From assembly GCA_002773535.1 (NCBI GenBank), contig PFAZ01000001.1:19226-83225 (forward strand): a DNA stretch of 64,000 nucleotides, read 5' to 3'. Source of the DNA: Candidatus Harrisonbacteria bacterium CG10_big_fil_rev_8_21_14_0_10_40_38 (GTDB lineage Bacteria > Patescibacteriota > Minisyncoccia > UBA6257 > 1-14-0-10-40-38). The notes below the pieces were generated by a model, which did not search any database, was not told where the DNA came from, and saw nothing but the letters and a program-made list of their open reading frames with translations. A program made the position numbers and the translations under genes. This document shows positions 28,763 through 37,137 of this stretch, in pieces. How positions within the stretch are numbered: the stretch's first letter is position 1; every line of letters begins with the position of its first letter.

Positions 28763-30649
28763 ATGCTTATTCTACGAAAAATGAAAATCAAAAACTTCCG
28801 CTCGTTCGTTGATGACGAGATTGTTTTTGATGATATTACGGCAATCGTTGGCGCAAACGAAGGAGGTAAAACAAATATTTTAGATGCTATTGAACATATT
28901 ACAAGCGAAAGCCCTTTCAAACACGATGACTTGAGAAAGGGGTCAAAGAATTATCCATACGGAGAAATTGAAATTAACTATACGGTTACTTTAACCGACA
29001 AGGTGATTCCTGAACTCATTGAAGAAGTGCCTCAACTTAATGAAAGAGATTTTCTGATTACCAAGAAAGGAAAATTAGATCATGCGCCCGATTTTTGTTT
29101 CCAACTTATAGATGCTAAAGATTTAGAAAAGATTATTACAATAAAAAAAGTTTCTCAATTCAAGAAAAAGTTTGACGCAGAACAGATTAAAGCATTCGAT
29201 GAAGCGTTGAAAAGAAAATGGTTTGTTAAAAAACCAGTACTCAATCTAACACACTCCCCATTCCCACAGTTGAGGAAAGAAGGTGTGATTGAGGTTATTG
29301 ATAGCGAGCAGAAAATAAACAGCTTCCTTTCTAGTAAGATTATAGAAGAATTAAGGAGTAACACAAACATTTATTTTTGGAAGTATAACAAGGGGGAGTT
29401 TCTAAAAAATATAACACCCATTAATGAGTTTGTTGCAAATCCTAATAACTTTCCTGCTATGAAAAATCTTTTTACCGTTGCGGGCTGGAAGAAAAATGAT
29501 TTTCAGCGATATCTCGTCGATACTAAAATAAATGATGCAGTTGTTGTGATGCGGGAAGTTGAAAATAAAATAAATAAGCTCATTAAAAAAACCTGGAGGC
29601 AGCATCGAGACTTGACAATCTCCATCCAACGCACAGAAAATGATTTGCTTTTGAATCTGCAAGAACTCAATGCCCCCACCCCACCAGAGATTAGGAGCGA
29701 TGGGTTGAAATGGTTTTTGGGTTTCCTAATCAACTTTCGAGCAAGGGCAAAAAATTTGAGCGACTTTACCATTCTTATAGACGAACCAGCTCTACATTTG
29801 CATCCTCGTGGACAAAAGGATGTGTTATCAGAAATTAAGGGTTTAGGAAAGGATAATCAGATTATTTACACTACCCATCAAACTTTTATGTTAGATAGGA
29901 ATCATCCTGAAAGAGTGAGAATCTTAACAAGAGAATCTATAAAAAGCGGCGGGCATGATTATTACTTCGCATCAAGAATAATAGGAGAACCTGAAACCAA
30001 AGATATTATTTCAGACCCGTTATTGAGAGAAGCGTTAGGATTTAACGTTTCCGACATATCGCCGATTAGTGCAAAAAATATTTTAGTCGAGGGAACTTTT
30101 GATAGGGGGTTATTACTTTTGCTCAATAAATATTTTCCTAGTATTGATTTAGAGCAATTTTCCATTATTGCTTGCGATGGAGCATCAGACATAAAAAGAT
30201 TTGCAAACTTCTGCTTGGCAAACGAGTTAAAAATTTTTTGTCTTTATGATAGTGATGAGAGTGGTAAGATATGCCACGACAATACTTCCGAAAATGCAGT
30301 GCCGACAAACCTAAAAACTCATTTTAAACTACTGCATAATGATTTTTTGGCTTTAGAAACACCAGAGGATTTATTCTCGCTGGAGCTTTTCAGAAATGCA
30401 ACGAGGGATGTTACTGAATTAAAGGATTTTGCGCCAACGAGTTCCTCTCCCAAGATGCAACAACTAAAGACATTTCTTGATTCAAAAAAAATCAGTAGGG
30501 ACGAAAAAAACGAGATAAAGCATAAACTTGAAGATGCTCTTTTGAAAAAGTTAGGAGAAGAATTAAATAATCAAAAAATATCTACTGGCGATAGTTTAGT
30601 AAAACTCCTAGTTTCTTTAGCAGAGGAATTAAAGAAGAGAAAGATTTAG
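28763..30649 (+). CDS. OLD-family ATP-dependent nuclease (ABC-type ATPase + C-terminal TOPRIM), Gabija-GajA / PARIS-like
   Basis: IKNFRSF...ITAIVGANEGGKTNILDAI (Walker A), ILIDEPALHLHP (Walker B/D-loop), IIYTTHQ (H-loop); TOPRIM NILVEGTFDRGLL and LYDSDESG (DxD). Confidence 0.75.
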   Translation: MLILRKMKIKNFRSFVDDEIVFDDITAIVGANEGGKTNILDAIEHITSESPFKHDDLRKGSKNYPYGEIEINYTVTLTDKVIPELIEEVPQLNERDFLITKKGKLDHAPDFCFQLIDAKDLEKIITIKKVSQFKKKFDAEQIKAFDEALKRKWFVKKPVLNLTHSPFPQLRKEGVIEVIDSEQKINSFLSSKIIEELRSNTNIYFWKYNKGEFLKNITPINEFVANPNNFPAMKNLFTVAGWKKNDFQRYLVDTKINDAVVVMREVENKINKLIKKTWRQHRDLTISIQRTENDLLLNLQELNAPTPPEIRSDGLKWFLGFLINFRARAKNLSDFTILIDEPALHLHPRGQKDVLSEIKGLGKDNQIIYTTHQTFMLDRNHPERVRILTRESIKSGGHDYYFASRIIGEPETKDIISDPLLREALGFNVSDISPISAKNILVEGTFDRGLLLLLNKYFPSIDLEQFSIIACDGASDIKRFANFCLANELKIFCLYDSDESGKICHDNTSENAVPTNLKTHFKLLHNDFLALETPEDLFSLELFRNATRDVTELKDFAPTSSSPKMQQLKTFLDSKKISRDEKNEIKHKLEDALLKKLGEELNNQKISTGDSLVKLLVSLAEELKKRKI

Positions 30650-30679
30650 AATAAATCAAGAGGAAAAATAAAAATAACT

Positions 30680-32098
30680 ATGCAATATTCAGTTGTAAAT
30701 CACAAAATGGTAAAAGAAAATTCTGATTTTAGGATTGATGGCGAATTTTACCATCCCGTAATTTTAAATCGGCTAGATTTACTCAATCACAAAAGAAATG
30801 GGCAATTGAAGAACTTGGTAAAATTTGTAGTTGGCCCTTTTGGTTCAACAGTTACAGTTGATAAATATGTTGAAGAGTCAAATTTTAGGTACATCAGAAA
30901 CAAAGATATAAATGATTTTGTGATTGGAGAAACTGATCCAGCTTTAATCCCTGAAGAAGTGTACCATTCGCTAAAACAATTTCACATTCAACAAGACGAC
31001 CTCTTACTAACAGTAGTTGGTACACTTGGAAAAGTCGCGATAGCACAGGAAAAAGACATACACTCTATTTTCAGTTGCAAAAGTACGCTTTTGCGGTCAC
31101 AGGGATTAAATCCTTACTATTTACTAACATACTTAAATTCTGCAACAGGACGACTTTTTTCATTACGAGGGAAACGAGGCGCAATTCAAGAGGGACTCAA
31201 TTTATCAGATCTAAAAGATATTAAGGTTTTCATTCCATCAGAGGATTTTCAAAATAAAATAGCAGAACTAGTGCAAAAATCTTTTTCAATAATTAATAAT
31301 TCAAAATCCCTCTACTCTCAAGCCGAGCAATTACTCCTTTCCGAACTCGGACTTTTAGACTGGAAGCCAAAACATGCACTTTCTTTTGTAAAAAACTTTT
31401 CCGCAACGCTTGAAGCCAATCGTTTTGACGCAGAGTATTTTCAGCCGAAATACGAGGAAATTGTTGAAGCGGTAAGAAAATACAAAGGCGGATTTGATGA
31501 ACTGAGTAATTTGGTGAAAATTAAAAAAAGCGTTGAGCCGGGAAGTGAAGCATACCAAGAAAACGGAATCCCTTTTGTCCGTGTGAGTAATCTTTCAAAA
31601 TTTGAGCTTTCCGACAACAACCAGCAATTTATATCCGAGGAATTATACAACGAACTAAAAACACATCAGCCAAAGAAAGGTGAAATTTTGCTTTCAAAGG
31701 ACGCAACGCCCGGCAGGGCATATTATTTGAACGAAGAATCACAAAAAATGATAGTTTCCGGCGGAATTTTGAGGTTAAAAATGGATAACAAACAGATATT
31801 GCCGGAGTATTTGACGCTTGTTTTAAATTCCGTAATTGTGCAAAGGCAAATTGAGCGCGACGCTGGCGGATCAATCATTAACCATTGGAGACCTGACCAA
31901 GTAAAAACAACGCTCATTCCAATTTTGAAAGAAAATAAACAAAAAGAAATCAAAGAATTAATTGAAAAATCATTTAACGACAGGAAGTTATCCAAATCTC
32001 TGCTTGACATCGCCAAGCGAGGCGTGGAAATGGCAATAGAAAAAGACGAACAGGAAGCGGAACGGTGGATTAATAGCGAAACCAAAACACTAAACTAA
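30680..32098 (+). CDS. hsdS: Restriction-modification specificity subunit (HsdS-like, two TRDs)
   Basis: Two repeated halves with conserved blocks DLLLTVVGTLGKVAI / GEILLSKDATPGRAY and GAIQEGLNLSDLKDIKVFIPS / GGSIINHWRPDQVKTTLIPIL, plus central and C-terminal coiled coils. Confidence 0.8.
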   Translation: MQYSVVNHKMVKENSDFRIDGEFYHPVILNRLDLLNHKRNGQLKNLVKFVVGPFGSTVTVDKYVEESNFRYIRNKDINDFVIGETDPALIPEEVYHSLKQFHIQQDDLLLTVVGTLGKVAIAQEKDIHSIFSCKSTLLRSQGLNPYYLLTYLNSATGRLFSLRGKRGAIQEGLNLSDLKDIKVFIPSEDFQNKIAELVQKSFSIINNSKSLYSQAEQLLLSELGLLDWKPKHALSFVKNFSATLEANRFDAEYFQPKYEEIVEAVRKYKGGFDELSNLVKIKKSVEPGSEAYQENGIPFVRVSNLSKFELSDNNQQFISEELYNELKTHQPKKGEILLSKDATPGRAYYLNEESQKMIVSGGILRLKMDNKQILPEYLTLVLNSVIVQRQIERDAGGSIINHWRPDQVKTTLIPILKENKQKEIKELIEKSFNDRKLSKSLLDIAKRGVEMAIEKDEQEAERWINSETKTLN

Positions 32099-32112
32099 AC
32101 CACAAAAAACTC

Positions 32113-32862
32113 ATGTCCGAATACTATAACCCAAACAGAGACTCCTCATGGAATTACGGAGGAAAAAATTGGAAACTAAGTCGCTCTAAGATCGACCTGT
32201 TTTTAGAGTGTCCGCGATGTTTCTATATAGACAATAAGCTCGGCGTAAAGCGAGTACCCGGATTTCCTTTTTCTATCAACAGCGCAGTGGACTACCTCCT
32301 TAAACAAGAGTTTGATGCGTATCGAGTAAAAAATGAGCAACACCCGCTTCAAAAAGAGTACGGTATAGATGCCAGACCAATGTCTCACGATGAGCTTGAT
32401 GAATGGAGGAGAAATTTCGGTGGTATTAGGTATCTACATGAACCGACTGGGCTTTTAGTAACCGGAGCGATTGATGACTTGTGGATCAATAAAAAAGACG
32501 AACATATTGTCGTTGACTACAAAGCAACAGCAAAAGACGAAGCAGTAAAAGCGCTAGATAAAGAATGGCAAGATGGCTACAAACGACAAATGGAAGTCTA
32601 TCAGTGGCTCTTGCGACAAAATGGACTCAAAGTTTCTGATATTGGATATTTTGTTTACTGCACCGGAAAAATGGATCGCCAAGCTTTTGATAAAAAAATC
32701 GAGTTCGACGTGAATCTGATCGAATACAAAGGAAATGACTCATGGGTAGAAAAAACATTATTTGAAATAAAGAAATGTTTAGATGGTAGCGAAATACCGC
32801 AATCAGAAAAATCTTGCGATCATTGCGCGTATTGGAACTCCCGAAAAAAATTTGAGAAATAA
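32113..32862 (+). CDS. Cas4/RecB-like PD-(D/E)xK nuclease with N- and C-terminal CxxC pairs (putative Fe-S)
   Basis: Motifs GAIDDLW, HIVVDYKATAK, RQMEVYQWL (QxxxY); Cys residues at CPRC and CDHC. Confidence 0.6.
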   Translation: MSEYYNPNRDSSWNYGGKNWKLSRSKIDLFLECPRCFYIDNKLGVKRVPGFPFSINSAVDYLLKQEFDAYRVKNEQHPLQKEYGIDARPMSHDELDEWRRNFGGIRYLHEPTGLLVTGAIDDLWINKKDEHIVVDYKATAKDEAVKALDKEWQDGYKRQMEVYQWLLRQNGLKVSDIGYFVYCTGKMDRQAFDKKIEFDVNLIEYKGNDSWVEKTLFEIKKCLDGSEIPQSEKSCDHCAYWNSRKKFEK

Positions 32863-32864
32863 AC

Positions 32865-33362
32865 ATGCCAATCTTTTATATCATTAGTATTACTATAATC
32901 ATCGTGATAGCAATCTCAGTTGTTCGTAGAGGTTTTACCAGCGTTGAAGAAAAAGCCAAATATCATTATAACCACAAAAATTTCTTTCTTACGCGATCAG
33001 AGCATGAATGTTACGACGCCCTTGTTGAGGCAGTTGGTATGGAGTACCGCATTTTCGCGCAAGTGCATTTACCTACCATAGTTGACCACGCGGTTCGAGG
33101 GCAGAATTGGCGTGCTGCTCTTGCTCATATAAATCGAAAGTCGGTTGATTTTGTACTCTGCGACAAAGCATATCTCTCACCAAAACTCGCTATCGAGTTA
33201 GACGATAAATCACATGAACGACCAGATCGGCAAGAACGAGACCGCGAAGTGGAGCGTATTCTGCGTGAAGCAGGCGTACCACTCTTGAGACTGAAAAATT
33301 ATGAAAGCTCTAATTCAATCGAATTAGCTCAAAAAATCAAAAAAATATTAAACACAAAATAA
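32865..33362 (+). CDS. DUF2726-like (NERD/PD-(D/E)xK-like) domain protein with N-terminal TM anchor
   Basis: TM helix IISITIIIVIAISVV; SEHECYDALVEAVG...RIFAQVHL...SVDFVLCDKAYLSPKLAIELDDKSH pattern. Confidence 0.5.
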   Translation: MPIFYIISITIIIVIAISVVRRGFTSVEEKAKYHYNHKNFFLTRSEHECYDALVEAVGMEYRIFAQVHLPTIVDHAVRGQNWRAALAHINRKSVDFVLCDKAYLSPKLAIELDDKSHERPDRQERDREVERILREAGVPLLRLKNYESSNSIELAQKIKKILNTK

Positions 33363-33392
33363 TTTTTTACAAAAACACGCTATAATGCAACT

Positions 33393-34067
33393 ATGACCGA
33401 AACAATTTTTATTATTTCACTAGTCATTATATCGGCATTAGCCGTAGCGACGTTTGTGATAACTCTCCGAACTAGAAAAGAGACAGAAAAAATTAAATTT
33501 CATAACAGCGAAACAAACGATGCGCTTGCAAAGCTTAGCCATCAACATAAACAGCTATATACAGAAATCCTAACCGAAGTAAAAAAATACAAAGAGGACA
33601 ACAATGACATTTGGGATCGTGAAATCGATGACAGATACGAAGAAGCAAAAAAATTGATTTATGAAGCAAACAGAGTGTCAGCATCTTTCCTTCAGCGAAA
33701 ACTTAAAATCGGTTATGCACACGCTGCAAAATTATTAGATAAATTAGAAGAAGATAATCTGATAGGCCCAGGTGACGGAGCAAAGCCAAGAGAAGTTTTT
33801 ATTTCTGAAGATGATTTAGAAGAAAAACCACCAAAGGAAAGCCCATACGCTGAAGACGACGACCTATATCTACAAGTCAGAAAATTTGCAATCGAAACCG
33901 GAAAAATAAGCGCACCAAAACTGCAACGCCAATTTAAAATCGGCTACGCACGAGCCGCGTGCCTATTGGATCTACTAGAAGAGAGGGGAATTATCGAATC
34001 AACAAACAAAAAAGGGATGAAAAAAGTCCTAGTAACAGAAGACGGAATAAGAGAAACTGAAGAATAA
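33393..34067 (+). CDS. Membrane-anchored protein with two tandem FtsK-gamma (KOPS-binding winged-helix) domains and no translocase motor
   Basis: N-terminal TM helix, a coiled coil, then RVSASFLQRKLKIGYAHAAKLLDKLEEDNLIGPGDGAKPREV and KISAPKLQRQFKIGYARAACLLDLLEERGIIES, each matching the FtsK gamma consensus (LQRxLRIGYNRAARLIDxLEExGIV...KPREV). Confidence 0.65.
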   Translation: MTETIFIISLVIISALAVATFVITLRTRKETEKIKFHNSETNDALAKLSHQHKQLYTEILTEVKKYKEDNNDIWDREIDDRYEEAKKLIYEANRVSASFLQRKLKIGYAHAAKLLDKLEEDNLIGPGDGAKPREVFISEDDLEEKPPKESPYAEDDDLYLQVRKFAIETGKISAPKLQRQFKIGYARAACLLDLLEERGIIESTNKKGMKKVLVTEDGIRETEE

Positions 34068-34466
34068 ATGCCCAAAACAAAAAACATCCTCATACTCGAA
34101 GACGATATTGAAACACTAAGCAAGCTTCTTGAGGAAATCTCAAAACTCGAAGAAGAGATATATCCAGACGATATAGATGTAACTGTGCTTTCAAATTATA
34201 AATCGGTAGAGAAATGGATAAACAAAGAGGAGTCAGAAAAATACGACATAATTCTTTTAGATCGCGATTGTAAAATGGGTGGGTCATTTCATATTCTAGA
34301 TATAGAAAAATTTGGTCCAGATAAAATCATTTCTATTTCCTCAACCCCGCAATGGAACGAAGAAGCAAAAAAGAGAGGCATAAAAACAATCGTTTGGAAA
34401 AATTATGAAAATCTCGACGCATTCGCAAAGGATGTTGGGATAACAATCCGAGAAAATTTTCTATAA
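34068..34466 (+). CDS. Stand-alone receiver (REC/CheY-like) domain protein (divergent)
   Basis: ILILEDDIETL..., a phospho-acceptor-like DIILLDRDCKMGG, and a KTIVWKN end; its start overlaps the stop of the upstream gene. Confidence 0.4.
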   Translation: MPKTKNILILEDDIETLSKLLEEISKLEEEIYPDDIDVTVLSNYKSVEKWINKEESEKYDIILLDRDCKMGGSFHILDIEKFGPDKIISISSTPQWNEEAKKRGIKTIVWKNYENLDAFAKDVGITIRENFL

Positions 34467-34473
34467 AACCAAC

Positions 34474-34499
34474 CACTTCCCAAACTCCTAAAAAACCAG
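34474..34499 (+). repeat. 26-bp perfect direct repeat (second copy at 35568..35593) flanking the zeta-toxin cassette
   Basis: cacttcccaaactcctaaaaaaccag is identical at both sites. Adjacent roughly 30-bp blocks (34502..34530 and 35470..35500) are about 70% similar. Confidence 0.8.
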
Positions 34500-34563
34500 C
34501 CGTCGACTTCAGAGCTCTTGAGTAATCGGTATTACTCCAATCGTTTTTTGCTAAAATAGGATT

Positions 34564-35277
34564 ATGACCGATGAAGAAATTCGCGTTCAAGCAATTGAAT
34601 ATGCTAAACGAAATAAGGTTTCCATAGCCAAAAAGCTAACTGATCGCACAAAGTATATGCCGGATATTGTTCCTATTTCAGTTTTTATGGCCGGCTCGCC
34701 GGGTGCAGGCAAAACAGAGTTTTCAAAAAGTTTGATCAGTATTTTAGAAGCAGGCGAAGAGCGTCGCGTAGTACGCATTGACGGGGACGAAGTGCGACTA
34801 CTTATTCCCGACTACACCGGCAATAATTCATATCTTTTTCAGGGAGCAATTTCGCTTGTGGTAGAAAAAATGCATGATTTAGTTTTGCACAACAAACAAA
34901 GTTTTGTACTAGATAGTACGTTCTCAAACTACACTAAAGCCACGGATAATATTCGGCGTTCTTTGGGGAAAAGCAGACCAGTTTTTATTTTTTATATCTA
35001 TCAAAAACCAGAGGTCGCTTGGAACTTCACTCAAGCGAGAGAGAAAGTAGAGGGTAGAAATATTCCGAAATCAGCATTTCTTGATCAGTTTTTTGGCGCT
35101 AGAGAAACAGTGGATAAAATTTCCAGCGAGTTTAGTGATAAAGTAGTAATATTTTTAGTTAAAAAAGATTTTGAGAAAAATTCTGTTGAAAATATAGTTA
35201 AAATCGGACCAGAAAGTAATATTGACGAACATATAACAGAACTCTATACTAAAGATGAACTAGAAAAACGTTTATGA
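34564..35277 (+). CDS. Zeta-toxin / AAA_33 family P-loop kinase
   Basis: Walker A VFMAGSPGAGKTEFSK, an RIDGDEVR segment, and zeta-toxin-like length (237 aa). Confidence 0.6.
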   Translation: MTDEEIRVQAIEYAKRNKVSIAKKLTDRTKYMPDIVPISVFMAGSPGAGKTEFSKSLISILEAGEERRVVRIDGDEVRLLIPDYTGNNSYLFQGAISLVVEKMHDLVLHNKQSFVLDSTFSNYTKATDNIRRSLGKSRPVFIFYIYQKPEVAWNFTQAREKVEGRNIPKSAFLDQFFGARETVDKISSEFSDKVVIFLVKKDFEKNSVENIVKIGPESNIDEHITELYTKDELEKRL

Positions 35278-35456
35278 AACTCTTCAACTTATTTAGAAAA
35301 ACCGAGCAAAAGGAAAAGTCCGGAAAGTTTTCCGACTTCTTTTTGCATGCCTCGGAAAGAAGAAAAGAAGAGATTTTGAAGGAAGCAGCACACAAGGCAA
35401 ATGAAGAACAACGAAAAGTATTTCCGAAATCTCATCTAAAGACAAGGGCCAGATAA
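35274..35456 (+). CDS. Small basic hypothetical protein (60 aa) overlapping the zeta-toxin stop
   Basis: ATGA-type 4-nt overlap with the upstream gene; Lys/Glu-rich. Confidence 0.3.
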   Translation: MKLFNLFRKTEQKEKSGKFSDFFLHASERRKEEILKEAAHKANEEQRKVFPKSHLKTRAR

Positions 35457-35571
35457 CCAAAAAAGCGCCACCGACTTCACCACCCTCGAATAATCGATTT
35501 TATATCAAGTACTTAATTAAAAATTTAATAAAACCGAAAACTCAAAATAAATCTTCCCAACAGACCTCACT

Positions 35572-35599
35572 TCCCAAACTCCTAAAAAACCAGTATAAT
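35572..35599 (+). promoter_or_regulatory. Candidate sigma-70 promoter for mnmA (TTCCCA-17-TATAAT) giving a near-leaderless transcript
   Basis: The TATAAT at 35594..35599 ends 7 nt before the mnmA ATG; the -35 region lies inside repeat copy X'. Confidence 0.35.
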
Positions 35600-35606
35600 T
35601 ACGCGC

Positions 35607-36791
35607 ATGAATAAAGGCCGTAAAAACAAAACAGTTTTTGTGGGCATGTCGGGTGGCGTAGACTCATCAGTCGCCGCCGCGCTTCTCTCAGCCGAAGGTT
35701 ACGATGTCGTAGGCATTCACCTTCGCTGTTTTAATGTGGATGGATGCGCCGCTCGCGACGCAGAAGACGCTCGCAGAGCCGCCGAGACACTAGGCATTCC
35801 TTTTTATACTCTCGACTTCGAAGAAGAGTACAAAACCAAAGTCGTAAGCTATATGGTCGACGGCTACAGGCAGGGCATCACTCCAAACCCAGATGTCATG
35901 TGCAACCGCGAAATCAAATTCGGCCTCTTTCTAAAAAAAGCACTCGAAATGGGCGCGGACTTTGTCGCAACAGGACATTACGTGAAGAAAGAAGAAAGAA
36001 GAAAGAAGAAAGAACTAAAAACACATTCCTCGTTCATCATTCCTCATTTATCTCTATCTATCGCCAAAGACGGCAACAAGGATCAAAGCTACTTCCTCTG
36101 GACCTTAACGCAAGACGACCTCAAGCATTGTCTCTTTCCGATAGGGGAATATAAAAAACCCGAAGTAAGAAAACTTGCAAAAAAATACAATCTCCCAAAC
36201 GCAGAGAAAAAAGATTCGCAAGGTATTTGTTTTTTAGGGCAAGTAACATTAAGTGATTTTCTAAAAGACTACATTCCCGAAAAGAAAGGCGCAGTGGTAA
36301 CAGAGTCAGGCGAAAAGATAGGCGAGCACATTGGCGCGCACTTCTATACCATCGGCCAGAGACATATTGGAGTAACAAATACGAGAGGAAAGAGGAAAGA
36401 GGAAAGAGGAAAGAACACCGAGCCGTTTTATGTTTCAGGAAAAAATATAAAAACAAATGAAGTAATCGTTGCCGAAGGTTCAGAAAACCCAAACCTCTAC
36501 AGAAAAGAAATAAATCTCGCAAACGTAAACTTCATAAACCAAAATTTGGAATTTGGTGCTTGTGATTTGGAATTTCCCGTTCTGGCACGGGTCCGCTACC
36601 GTCAACCGCTCGTGAAGGCGATGCTTAAAGTAAAATGTGACACGCAAAATGGAAAAACAAAAACCAGTTCACATTCCGCTTGTCACTTTTCCCTCAAATT
36701 TGACCAGCCGGTCAAATTTGTAGCCGAAGGCCAATCGGCCGTTTTCTATTCAAAGTCTGGCGAAATGCTCGGCGGCGGAGTTATTGTTTAA
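35607..36791 (+). CDS. mnmA: tRNA-specific 2-thiouridylase MnmA, carrying two low-complexity insertions
   Basis: VFVGMSGGVDSSVAA, NPDVMCNREIKF, DSQGICFLG; inserts KKEERRKKKE and RGKRKEERGK encoded by the (gaaagaa)n and (agaggaa)n tandem repeats. Confidence 0.9.
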   Translation: MNKGRKNKTVFVGMSGGVDSSVAAALLSAEGYDVVGIHLRCFNVDGCAARDAEDARRAAETLGIPFYTLDFEEEYKTKVVSYMVDGYRQGITPNPDVMCNREIKFGLFLKKALEMGADFVATGHYVKKEERRKKKELKTHSSFIIPHLSLSIAKDGNKDQSYFLWTLTQDDLKHCLFPIGEYKKPEVRKLAKKYNLPNAEKKDSQGICFLGQVTLSDFLKDYIPEKKGAVVTESGEKIGEHIGAHFYTIGQRHIGVTNTRGKRKEERGKNTEPFYVSGKNIKTNEVIVAEGSENPNLYRKEINLANVNFINQNLEFGACDLEFPVLARVRYRQPLVKAMLKVKCDTQNGKTKTSSHSACHFSLKFDQPVKFVAEGQSAVFYSKSGEMLGGGVIV

Positions 36792-36879
36792 TACTCCGCA
36801 ACTTGCGTATATCTAAAAACCATGGCACAATATACAAATCGTTTTTAGAAGAAAAACCGCAACTTGAAAGGAGAATAGA

Positions 36880-37110
36880 TTGAAGGCAAGCGCAGTTATG
36901 GGATGTGTATTCACTGCGTTCAGGGCACTCTTTCCCGAGCTTTCGGGAGGGGGAGAAGGGAACCCACTCGACCTACTTCGTACAAGAATCGCGTACGAAG
37001 CCTTCGGTATGAAAAACTTGTGCAAAGGTCGAAACAGAAGAAACAGAATCCCCGTTCCCGTGAAAATCGAAGGACGCCGCTTTCATCAATTTTGCAGACG
37101 AAGCGAATAG
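36880..37110 (+). CDS. Possible small ORF (76 aa, TTG start with aaggag SD) inside a structured, terminator-capped element; alternatively a noncoding RNA or leader
   Basis: The SD aaggag lies 6 nt before the TTG. The product MKASAVMGCVFTAFRALFPELSGGGEG...RRSE has no known motif, and the same region carries several perfect hairpins. Confidence 0.25.
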   Translation: MKASAVMGCVFTAFRALFPELSGGGEGNPLDLLRTRIAYEAFGMKNLCKGRNRRNRIPVPVKIEGRRFHQFCRRSE

Positions 37111-37137
37111 CCTTGTCTTGCAAAGAACGTATACCCC

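Noticed and set aside
32113-32862. Cas4-like nuclease as evidence of a CRISPR-Cas locus
   Set aside because: There are no direct-repeat/spacer arrays and no cas1/cas2 or effector genes anywhere in the window. The nuclease is better read as a stand-alone PD-(D/E)xK defense component.
35744-36154. Arg-rich 136-aa + strand ORF
   Set aside because: It is an alternative frame inside mnmA, whose own frame carries clear MnmA motifs.
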